From positions 128,001 through 192,000 of the forward strand of contig JBJKQR010000012.1 in assembly GCA_046735395.1 (NCBI GenBank): a DNA stretch of 64,000 nt. Reading direction: 5' to 3'. The notes under the pieces were generated by a model, which was not told the DNA's origin, made no database searches, and saw only the letters and a program-made list of their open reading frames with translations. The DNA is from Fidelibacterota bacterium (lineage in GTDB: Bacteria; Fidelibacterota; Fidelibacteria; Fidelibacterales; DSDE01). Made by a program: the position numbers and the translations under genes. Shown here piece by piece: positions 48,473-56,447 of this stretch. Every line of letters starts with the position of its first letter. The first letter of the stretch is position 1.

Positions 48473-48919
48473 ATGAACAAGAAAGGTTTTACACTCATCG
48501 AACTCATTATGGTGATCGCCATTCTGGGTATCCTTGCCGCCTACGCAGTACCGAAATTCTTTGACCTCACCACCACGGCAAAGACAAAAACCATGCAGCA
48601 GATGCAGACCGAGATCAACAGCGGGATCCGCATGTATGGCGTGAAGGAACTGGCTGAAACCGGAGTCCGCCTTTTCCCGAATCCCAAATCCGCCGATGCG
48701 GCTACCATGCTCGATGCAGTACTGGATGATTATGATGCAGCGAAGCTGAGCTACCTGCCGGCTACGACCGATTCAACCGGCACCGGTGTATTCACCTATG
48801 ATGAAAACGGGGATTTGACCGCCGAGTATTACCTGACCTATACGTGTGCGCCCGGACTCACGGGATATACTCTGGCCCCAAAATTTGAAAATGGTGACGG
48901 AGCAAGCGCGGTTCAGTAA
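48473..48919 (+). CDS. Type IV pilin, probable major pilin (MshA/PilA-like)
   Basis: Strong SD AAGGAG; MNKKG|FTLIELIMVIAILGILAAYAVPKF; followed by a stable hairpin. Confidence 0.88.
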   Translation: MNKKGFTLIELIMVIAILGILAAYAVPKFFDLTTTAKTKTMQQMQTEINSGIRMYGVKELAETGVRLFPNPKSADAATMLDAVLDDYDAAKLSYLPATTDSTGTGVFTYDENGDLTAEYYLTYTCAPGLTGYTLAPKFENGDGASAVQ

Positions 48920-48940
48920 GACGCTCAATGTGTATTGATG

Positions 48941-48966
48941 ACAGGGAGGGGCAACCCTCCCTGTTT
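48941..48966 (+). terminator. Hairpin (terminator or mRNA-stabilising element) after the putative major pilin
   Basis: ACAGGGAGGG-GCAA-CCCTCCCTGT with a short T tail. Confidence 0.65.
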
Positions 48967-49003
48967 CGTAAAGGATTCAGGAAATATGAACGGAGACAGG
49001 ACG

Positions 49004-49441
49004 ATGCGAAGAGCACGGGTTCAGGGAGGATTTTCTCTCATTGAGCTGCTGGTGGTCATTGGTATCATGACGCTTTTCGCCGTCATCGCCCTGCCCAAGT
49101 ATTCCGATATCACGGCCCGGGCCAAGCTGGCCAAGACGAAGATGAATCTGCTCAATATCAAGAACGGATTCACGAATTACTATTATGACAGCATGCTGAA
49201 GGGAGGCGACGCCGTGTTTCCGCCCTTTCCGCCCGACAGCCTGCTCACCCGGGAATGGGCGACGGCCACGGTGATGGACGACGGCCGGACTGTGGCATCC
49301 CTCTTTTCCGAGGGAAATATCATTTATAATCCCAACAACAATCCCTATGTTTATTCCGACCTTCCGCAGACGGACACGGAAAATAAGGGATTTGCACTCC
49401 GTGATACGGATTTCAAGGTTGAGATACACTTCCGCCCCTGA
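49004..49441 (+). CDS. Type IV prepilin-like protein (alternative start 48986)
   Basis: GG|FSLIELLVVIGIMTLFAVIALPKY. Confidence 0.85.
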   Translation: MRRARVQGGFSLIELLVVIGIMTLFAVIALPKYSDITARAKLAKTKMNLLNIKNGFTNYYYDSMLKGGDAVFPPFPPDSLLTREWATATVMDDGRTVASLFSEGNIIYNPNNNPYVYSDLPQTDTENKGFALRDTDFKVEIHFRP

Positions 49442-49502
49442 AGGGGAACCGCCTGCACAGGTCGGTTCCGGGCCGAATTAATGGTTTAAAATTTGAAGAA
49501 AT

Positions 49503-49994
49503 ATGGATGATCTGAAGAGAAAAGACGGTCAGGCTCTGCGGGGTTTCACTCTCATTGAACTGATCGTTGTCATAGTACTGATCGGGGTCGTATCCATGGT
49601 GGCCTATCCGCGCATCGCCGATTATTACGCGGGAGTCCGGGCCGGCCAGGGGATTCGGACTCTGGCTCAGGATCTGGAATATGCCGAATTCTATGCACGC
49701 ACGCATGCCGACACGGTGTGGGTCGTCCTGGATCCCGGCAGCAATGCCTATTCAATATTTGCCGGTGACAGCACGGAAGCCCGGCAGCTCCTGCTCCATC
49801 CGCAGAACAGCGGAAATTTCGTCGTGCAATTCGGTGCCGGGGATCATGTGAGCCTCCAGTCCACGACCTTTGCCGGGAATACTCTGATCATTGATAAAAA
49901 CGGTTACCCGGTACAGGGCGGAATGGCTGTCCTCAACGGGAGTCATACCGTATCTGTCGCCTCCGGAACGGGAAGGGTGGCCGTCGATGAATAA
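49503..49994 (+). CDS. Minor pilin / pseudopilin (FimT/GspH/MshC-like)
   Basis: RG|FTLIELIVVIVLIGVV; C-terminal V.SGTGRV. Confidence 0.85.
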   Translation: MDDLKRKDGQALRGFTLIELIVVIVLIGVVSMVAYPRIADYYAGVRAGQGIRTLAQDLEYAEFYARTHADTVWVVLDPGSNAYSIFAGDSTEARQLLLHPQNSGNFVVQFGAGDHVSLQSTTFAGNTLIIDKNGYPVQGGMAVLNGSHTVSVASGTGRVAVDE

Positions 49995-50427
49995 AGGAGA
50001 TTCTATCTATACCAAATGGATACCCGGAGATGACAAACGCGGATTCACACTTCTGGAAATCGCCCTGTTCATCGCCATTGCCGCTGTGGGATTTATAACA
50101 ATAATTACTATTCTGAGCAGTACGGCCGGAAAATCCGCCGAGGCGCAGATCCGCGATACCATGATCAATCTGGCCCAGGAGCGGATGGATGTGGTCCGCG
50201 CGGCCGGATTTGATTATGCCCTCAACTTTCAGAATACGTCTGAAAATTCAATTTCAGACTTTCCGTATTATACGCGCCGTACACGGGTGCATTATCTGTC
50301 GGAAAACCTGGCTGACAGTTCGGGCACGGAGACACCCTTTATCCGCATTGTGGTGACCGTGAGCCATCCTGAACAGGCCGATGTGACCCTGTCAGCGTTC
50401 ATTACTTCACTGGGACAATTGAGATGA
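49987..50427 (+). CDS. Minor pilin (PilV/GspI/MshD-like)
   Basis: RG|FTLLEIALFIAI; LAQERMDVV. Confidence 0.8.
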   Translation: MNKGDSIYTKWIPGDDKRGFTLLEIALFIAIAAVGFITIITILSSTAGKSAEAQIRDTMINLAQERMDVVRAAGFDYALNFQNTSENSISDFPYYTRRTRVHYLSENLADSSGTETPFIRIVVTVSHPEQADVTLSAFITSLGQLR

Positions 50428-50990
50428 CAGTGCGCGTGATTCGGAACTGGCTTCGGGATGCAGATCCTTTCAGGAAAAACCGGCCTCAGGGAGGTTTCAC
50501 TCTCATTGAAATCATTGCCGCCGTCGTTGCCCTGTCCTTTGTGCTCTATATGTCCGTGGGACTGCTGTCACGCAGCGGACGCATCTATGAATTCATCCTC
50601 CAGCGCCAGAGCATTGCAAAAGCCAGCCGCCAGGCTCAGGAACGGATCTTTCAGGAAGTGAAACTTTCCGATTCGCTGATGGTGGCGGACCGGCAGGAAC
50701 TCAAGGTCCTGCCCGGATCCGGGAAAAACTGCAGCTATGTCATTACAGCAGACCGAATTACCCGCAGCGAGGACGGCGGCACACCGCAGATTCTGGTGAC
50801 GCATGTGAAGTCCGCCGCATCCTTTTTCCGTTATTATGATGCGAATGACCTGGAACTCAGTTCTGTCCCGCTCAGCGAAACAGATCTGCAGGCGGTACGC
50901 TTCATTGAGGTGAACCTGGCCTTCCTGAACCGGGATCAGAGTCTGACAAGCCGCAGGCTCATTTATCTGGAAAATTTCCGCTTTAAATAG
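50424..50990 (+). CDS. Minor pilin (PilW/GspJ/MshO-like)
   Basis: GG|FTLIEIIAAVVAL; FRYYD..VRFIEVNL..LEN C-terminal pattern. Confidence 0.8.
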   Translation: MTVRVIRNWLRDADPFRKNRPQGGFTLIEIIAAVVALSFVLYMSVGLLSRSGRIYEFILQRQSIAKASRQAQERIFQEVKLSDSLMVADRQELKVLPGSGKNCSYVITADRITRSEDGGTPQILVTHVKSAASFFRYYDANDLELSSVPLSETDLQAVRFIEVNLAFLNRDQSLTSRRLIYLENFRFK

Positions 50991-51106
50991 ACGTTCTGAC
51001 AGACAGGCTCCGACAGTTCTCTCCGGCTCATGCGCCGGAAGGGAACCTTGGATTCACAGGATTTATTTATTAAACTTGGGCTGAAAAAACGATAAGGAGG
51101 CCTTTG

Positions 51107-52528
51107 ATGACACCGGTTCTCGGCGGATTGATCCTGTACCTCATTGTAGTACTTGCGGTGGGGCTGGCGGCATACAGAAAAAACGAAACCCATGAGGATT
51201 ATCTGCTGGCGGGCAGGAAGCTGGGGCCCTGGGCTATTGCACTGTCCGAGCGGGCCTCCGGCGAAAGTGCCTGGCTGCTCATCGGGCTGCCCGGTGCCGC
51301 ACTGGCCAGCGGATATCTGGAACTGTGGGCTGCCCTGGGATGCCTGGCCGGAATCTTCGGCTCCTGGATCTTTATTGCCGCGCCGCTGAGAGAGATGAGC
51401 GGAAAATACGGGTCTCTGACTCTGCCTGATATGTTTGCCGCCCATTTCCGGGACGACAGCCACACTTTCAGGCTGATAGCCTCTCTCATCATCATCTTCT
51501 TTTTTACCTTTTATGTGGCGGCTCAGTTCAATGCCGCCGGCAAGGTTCTGAATGTGACCTTCGGCATGCCCCAGAGTACGGGAATGCTCATCGGGGCCGG
51601 GATCATCATAGTATACACGCTGCTCGGCGGGTTTTTCGCCGTGGTCTGGACGGATATGGTCCAGGCGGTCATCATGTTCACGACACTCGTCATTCTGCCG
51701 GTTGCCGGCCTGCTGGATGTGCTGCACAGCGATCCGGCTCTCATCCATGCCGGCAGCAGTGCCTGGTCGGGACTGCTGGGTGGAAAAACGGGAATGGGCG
51801 CATTTCTCGCTGTTCTGGGCGGTCTGAGCTGGGGACTGGGTTATACGGGACAGCCTCATCTTCTGGTCCGCTTCATGGCTATTCACAGCGGAGACGAGCT
51901 GCGTCGGGGCCGGGTCATTGCCTTTGTCTGGGCGGTGCCTGCTTTTCTCGGAGCTTTTTTTCTGGGAATTATCGGCTATAAACTCTATGGAATTGGTTAT
52001 TTCAGTGATCCGGAGCAGCTGATGCCCTTCATGGCTACGTCGCTCCTGCCGGGATGGGTGGCGGGCATTCTCATCTCCGGCGCCATCGCCGCCATGATGA
52101 GTACGGCCGATTCGCAGCTGCTGGTAACCAGTTCGGCGCTGACGGAAGATCTGATCAACAAGAGCGGCCGTAAAAAATTCAGTTCAGCGCAGCTGCTCAG
52201 GGTAGGCCGGCTCACGACCCTGACGGTGGGAATCGTGGCTCTGATCATGGCCTTCCAGACCAGCGATCTGGTCTTTTCCATGGTTTCCTACGCCTGGTCG
52301 GGTCTGGGAGCCAGCTTCGGCCCGCTGCTCGTGCTGGTACTCTACTGGAAGGGCATCACCCGGAACGGCGCTGTGGCCGGAATGGTGACCGGCGCACTGT
52401 CCACGGTAATCTGGAAAAATATCGCAGTGCTGCAGGCGGCCGTTTCGGAACGCCTCGCGTCCTGGGTCATCGCCTTCATCGTCATCATCGCCGTATCTCT
52501 TATTGAAAACCAACGAACAAAATCATAA
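51107..52528 (+). CDS. putP: Sodium/proline symporter (SSS family)
   Basis: DYLLAGRKLGP, SGESAWLLIGLPG, GLGYTGQPH..RFMA, AAMMSTADSQLL. Confidence 0.9.
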   Translation: MTPVLGGLILYLIVVLAVGLAAYRKNETHEDYLLAGRKLGPWAIALSERASGESAWLLIGLPGAALASGYLELWAALGCLAGIFGSWIFIAAPLREMSGKYGSLTLPDMFAAHFRDDSHTFRLIASLIIIFFFTFYVAAQFNAAGKVLNVTFGMPQSTGMLIGAGIIIVYTLLGGFFAVVWTDMVQAVIMFTTLVILPVAGLLDVLHSDPALIHAGSSAWSGLLGGKTGMGAFLAVLGGLSWGLGYTGQPHLLVRFMAIHSGDELRRGRVIAFVWAVPAFLGAFFLGIIGYKLYGIGYFSDPEQLMPFMATSLLPGWVAGILISGAIAAMMSTADSQLLVTSSALTEDLINKSGRKKFSSAQLLRVGRLTTLTVGIVALIMAFQTSDLVFSMVSYAWSGLGASFGPLLVLVLYWKGITRNGAVAGMVTGALSTVIWKNIAVLQAAVSERLASWVIAFIVIIAVSLIENQRTKS

Positions 52529-52646
52529 ATCAGGCCTGACGGCCCGGCGTCGCTGACCTGCCCGGGGGCAGGACGGCGCTGCGGCGGCATTCAGTTTATT
52601 TTACCTCTTCTGACAACCTGACGCGCCCCGAGGGTGTCTATGCAGT

Positions 52647-55364
52647 ATGAGAAGCGAACCATATTACAATTTCAGATGCAGGCTGGCAACTCTTTGCAGT
52701 TTCATACTGCTGGCGGGCAGCCTGCTTGCCGCCGCAGCGCCGCCGGACGGATTCTCCGTCCGTCAGCGAACGGTCCGGGACGGGCTGGTCTCCAACACGG
52801 TCAACAGACTGCTCCGCGGTCAGGATGGATATCTGTATGTGGGTGGAGATGGAGGCCTTCAGCGTTTTGACGGCCGGAACTTCATGCCTGTCCAGACTGG
52901 GGCCGGACAAAATTTTACGATTCCTGTACTCTGCATGACGGAGGATGACAGCGGCCGGATCTGGGTGGGAACCACAAAGCGCGGTCTCTGGGTTGTAGAC
53001 GGCACAGGAACACTCATTCAGGAGAAGGATGAATTCGGCCTGGATGCAGTGGGCGTGAGAAATCTCCATATGTCAGAGCGCTACGGCCTGCTTATTTCTT
53101 CGGATTACGGCCTGCTGACCAGACGAAACGGACGTATCCGGCCCTTTCCCGATGAAGCGGGAACCGGTCGGCGTATGGTGAGCGATACGGAGGAGGATGC
53201 CTCCGGAAATCTGTGGATTGCCACCTTCCGCGACGGCCTGATTCGCTGGGACGGACGGCATCGTCAGATCTTCAGCGGGGATGAGCGGATGAGCGGCAGT
53301 ATGATCTTTGATCTGTTCATGGATGGTGATACGCTCTATATCGCGACTCTGGACGGAGCCTTCCGCCTGTGGAATACGGATGAAGGCCCACAGTACGTGG
53401 ATGAATCCGAGTTTACTCCGGTACAGGTCTTCATCCGCAGTGAAAAAGGTGAGGTGCTGGCCGGAACAATGAATAACGGCCTGATGGCCTATTCCCGGAC
53501 CCTGAACCGGCTCGTGAAGACGGACCGGTTTTCCGGAAGCGGTGAAAGCTTCATTCATGATATTCTGGAAGAAAAGGCTTCCTGTCTCTGGGCCGCGACC
53601 GATCTTCATGGCCTGCTCCAGTTCCGGAAACGGATTCTGATTCCTCTTCCCGGTTCTGAAGGCCTGGCCTTTGAATGCCTCCTCCGTGATGGGGAGGGCA
53701 CTCTGTTCGCCGGAACACGGCGCAGCGGGCTCTATCAGATGAGAGAAACAGATTCGATGCTCGTCCGTGTTCCCGGATTTGAAAACAGTCATATATTGTC
53801 ATTGGCCGCCATTCATGGCAACCTCTTTGCTGGAACTTCGGGTGAGGGACTGCTTCGCCTGACCGATAAGGGCCTGACACCCCTCCGCAAGAATGGGGAA
53901 TTTCAATCGGTGATGGCCCTGCTGCCGGTGGATTCGGCCCTCTGGATCGGAAGTGAAACAGGGCTGTTCATTGATCCGAAGGGGCGCGGTGAAACCCTGT
54001 TTCCGCTTTCCGTGTTCAATGGCGAGGCAGTCCGTCTCCTTCGATCCCGCGGCGACAGTATTCTGGTGTTGTCATCTCAGGGCCTTTTTCTGACGGATCG
54101 GAACGGGCGTGACCGGAAACTGCTGGCTGATGCAGGCAGCACGGAATCCACCGCTGATATTCTGCTGGTCGGAAAAGGCGCTGCGCTGATTCGTATCAGT
54201 GCTGGAAATACAGGGCTTCGAATGCAGAGAGGGCAGTCTGTCATGCAATTCGGAAGGAAGGAGGGGCTTCCGACCGAACATCTGTATTCGCTGTATCTCA
54301 GCTCCGATTCCCTGCTTTTCATCGGATCTGACAAGGGGCCGCTTATCGTGCCGCTGCAGATATTTCTCGACGGATTTAACAAGGGGAGGATGAATGAAGG
54401 CTTCCGGCTGCTGAGCGAACAGTCCGAATCCATTCCGGCCCTGTGCAGTCCCGGAACCGGGTCCCGGCTCATGACCGAGAATCCGGACGGGCATATTCTG
54501 TTCGCGGGCCAGGGTGCCATTCTGTCCCTGCAGCCTTCGGACATTCCACAGGGGGAAAACCTTCGCCCGCGTATTGTCAGCCTGCGTGCAGGACAAAATA
54601 CGGTGGATACGCTGAATTGTACTCTGAAATTTCACCAGAATGATATAGATGTGGAAGTGAGCGCCGTCGGAATAATGAACGGGGAAAGTCCCCGCTTTCG
54701 ATGCCGCCTGTCCGGCAGGGATGAGCAGATCGGACTGCTGCTGGACGGACAGACACGGATCAGCTATAATAATCTCCCGCCGGGGCCTTATACATTCAGA
54801 GTTTCAGTGATGAATGAAAACGGACTGTGGTCGGAGGATACAGCGAGCCTGAACTTCAGCATACTCCCGGCCATTCCCGCCATCGTCCTGCCCATTGTTC
54901 TGGCTCTTCTGCTTCTTGTCAGTGCCCTGGCCGTAAACCGTTACCGGGAGGGACGACCCGGACAGGCTGCGGGCAACGTATCGCGGAATCCTGTTGATCC
55001 TGAATTAGGCGAACGGCTGGAGGAACGATTAAAAAAACTGCTGGAAGAGGACAGACTGTATCTAAATCCGGATCTGAATCTCTCCGATCTCGCCTCGGCC
55101 GCCAGATGTCCGTCCTATCTTCTCAGCCGTTATATCAATGATAGATCCGGCAGTAATTTCAATGATTTTATCAATGATTACCGAATTCGCGAGGCCGCTG
55201 AACGCCTGCAGAGCCCCGAGTATGAATCAGAAAGTATTCTGGCCATCATGCTGGACTGCGGCTTCTACAGCAAGTCCGTCTTTAATTCCGCCTTTCGCAA
55301 GCGCATGGCCGTCACTCCGTCTGAATACCGGCGCGGTAAGCGAACTCCGGCACGAAAGGCATAA
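52647..55364 (+). CDS. Membrane-spanning AraC-family regulator with periplasmic beta-propeller and Y_Y_Y sensor domains
   Basis: Repeated ED.SG.IWVGT propeller motifs; YNNLPPGPYTFRV; one TM; cytoplasmic FNDFINDYRI..GFYSKSVFNSAFRK..TPSEYR. Confidence 0.85.
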   Translation: MRSEPYYNFRCRLATLCSFILLAGSLLAAAAPPDGFSVRQRTVRDGLVSNTVNRLLRGQDGYLYVGGDGGLQRFDGRNFMPVQTGAGQNFTIPVLCMTEDDSGRIWVGTTKRGLWVVDGTGTLIQEKDEFGLDAVGVRNLHMSERYGLLISSDYGLLTRRNGRIRPFPDEAGTGRRMVSDTEEDASGNLWIATFRDGLIRWDGRHRQIFSGDERMSGSMIFDLFMDGDTLYIATLDGAFRLWNTDEGPQYVDESEFTPVQVFIRSEKGEVLAGTMNNGLMAYSRTLNRLVKTDRFSGSGESFIHDILEEKASCLWAATDLHGLLQFRKRILIPLPGSEGLAFECLLRDGEGTLFAGTRRSGLYQMRETDSMLVRVPGFENSHILSLAAIHGNLFAGTSGEGLLRLTDKGLTPLRKNGEFQSVMALLPVDSALWIGSETGLFIDPKGRGETLFPLSVFNGEAVRLLRSRGDSILVLSSQGLFLTDRNGRDRKLLADAGSTESTADILLVGKGAALIRISAGNTGLRMQRGQSVMQFGRKEGLPTEHLYSLYLSSDSLLFIGSDKGPLIVPLQIFLDGFNKGRMNEGFRLLSEQSESIPALCSPGTGSRLMTENPDGHILFAGQGAILSLQPSDIPQGENLRPRIVSLRAGQNTVDTLNCTLKFHQNDIDVEVSAVGIMNGESPRFRCRLSGRDEQIGLLLDGQTRISYNNLPPGPYTFRVSVMNENGLWSEDTASLNFSILPAIPAIVLPIVLALLLLVSALAVNRYREGRPGQAAGNVSRNPVDPELGERLEERLKKLLEEDRLYLNPDLNLSDLASAARCPSYLLSRYINDRSGSNFNDFINDYRIREAAERLQSPEYESESILAIMLDCGFYSKSVFNSAFRKRMAVTPSEYRRGKRTPARKA

Positions 55365-55395
55365 GGATCAAGGCGCCAGGAGCCAGAAAAAATCC

Positions 55396-55749
55396 CCGTT
55401 TTTCATAGCAGGGCAAATTCTCGTTTCTTCCTCAGCCTCAACCTCAACCTTAATTTTAATTTTCCTTCGCGATCTTTGCGGTCTCAGCATGAAACGTTCT
55501 TCCGCATCAACGCGGTTGAAAGAAGCTGGAAGTTGGAAGCTTGCGTCGCCGGTTTCCGGCTCCTGAAACAGCCCTACAAGATTACACGTTGATATTTACG
55601 AGTATACCCAGTTTCACAGCAGGGCATATTCTCGTTTCTTCCCTACTCTACCGCTTTACTACTTTACAATTTTAAAGGTTCTTCCTCATCTACTCATTTA
55701 CCCGTCTACGCATTAACGCCTTAACCCGGCAATTATCCAACCATCCAAC
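55396..55749 (-). repeat. Second, inverted copy set of the modular intergenic repeat family
   Basis: Reverse complement of 55396-55513 matches 37712-37829; reverse complement of 55615-55715 matches 37990-38121. Confidence 0.88.
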
Positions 55750-55809
55750 TATTTTGATTAATGGTAAAAAACTGGTATATTCCGCAAATGTCTAAAAAAA
55801 GGAATAAGA

Positions 55810-56295
55810 ATGAAAATTGAAAAGAACAAAGTAGTCAGTATTAATTATACACTGAAATCCGATTCCGGGGAAGTCCTGGACAGTTCTGAAGGGCGTGAAC
55901 CTCTTGAATATATTCATGGAATGGGAAACCTCATTCCCGGCCTGGAGAAGGAACTGGACGGCAAGGGCGCAGGGGAGACCCTGCAGGCGGTCATTGCACC
56001 GGCCGAAGCATATGGCGAATACAGCGACGAGCTGGTTCAGACCGTTTCCCGCACCCAGTTTGAAAATCCGGATGATATCAGGGAGGGGGCCCAGTTTCAG
56101 GTACAGACCCAGCATGATGTGCGTATTGCCACGGTGACGACCGTCGAGGGTGACAATGTGACACTGGATCTGAATCATCCGCTTGCCGGTGAAACCCTGC
56201 ATTTTGACGTGGATGTCGTGTCCGTCCGCGAAGCAAGCGCGGAGGAGCTGGATCACGGCCATGTACACGGTGCTCACGGACATCATCACCACTGA
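55810..56295 (+). CDS. slyD: FKBP-type peptidyl-prolyl isomerase with His-rich tail
   Basis: PLEYIHG..LIPGLE, AYG, DLNHPLAG, HGHVHGAHGHHHH. Confidence 0.93.
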   Translation: MKIEKNKVVSINYTLKSDSGEVLDSSEGREPLEYIHGMGNLIPGLEKELDGKGAGETLQAVIAPAEAYGEYSDELVQTVSRTQFENPDDIREGAQFQVQTQHDVRIATVTTVEGDNVTLDLNHPLAGETLHFDVDVVSVREASAEELDHGHVHGAHGHHHH

Positions 56296-56447
56296 GATCA
56301 TTCTATTTCCGGGTGCCCATACCCGGAATAAATAATATTGAAAATATTGTCAATTTGGCGTTAACTATCCTGATGAGCCGGTGTCTAATCACCAATGGCA
56401 AAAATTCAAACAGGAAAATACAGTTCGTCCAGAAAGGATTACGAGGG

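Noticed and set aside
48473..48919. Confident electrically conductive pilin (e-pilin) call
   Set aside because: Aromatic content is borderline, there is a 24-residue aromatic-free gap, and sequence criteria for conductive pili are contested.
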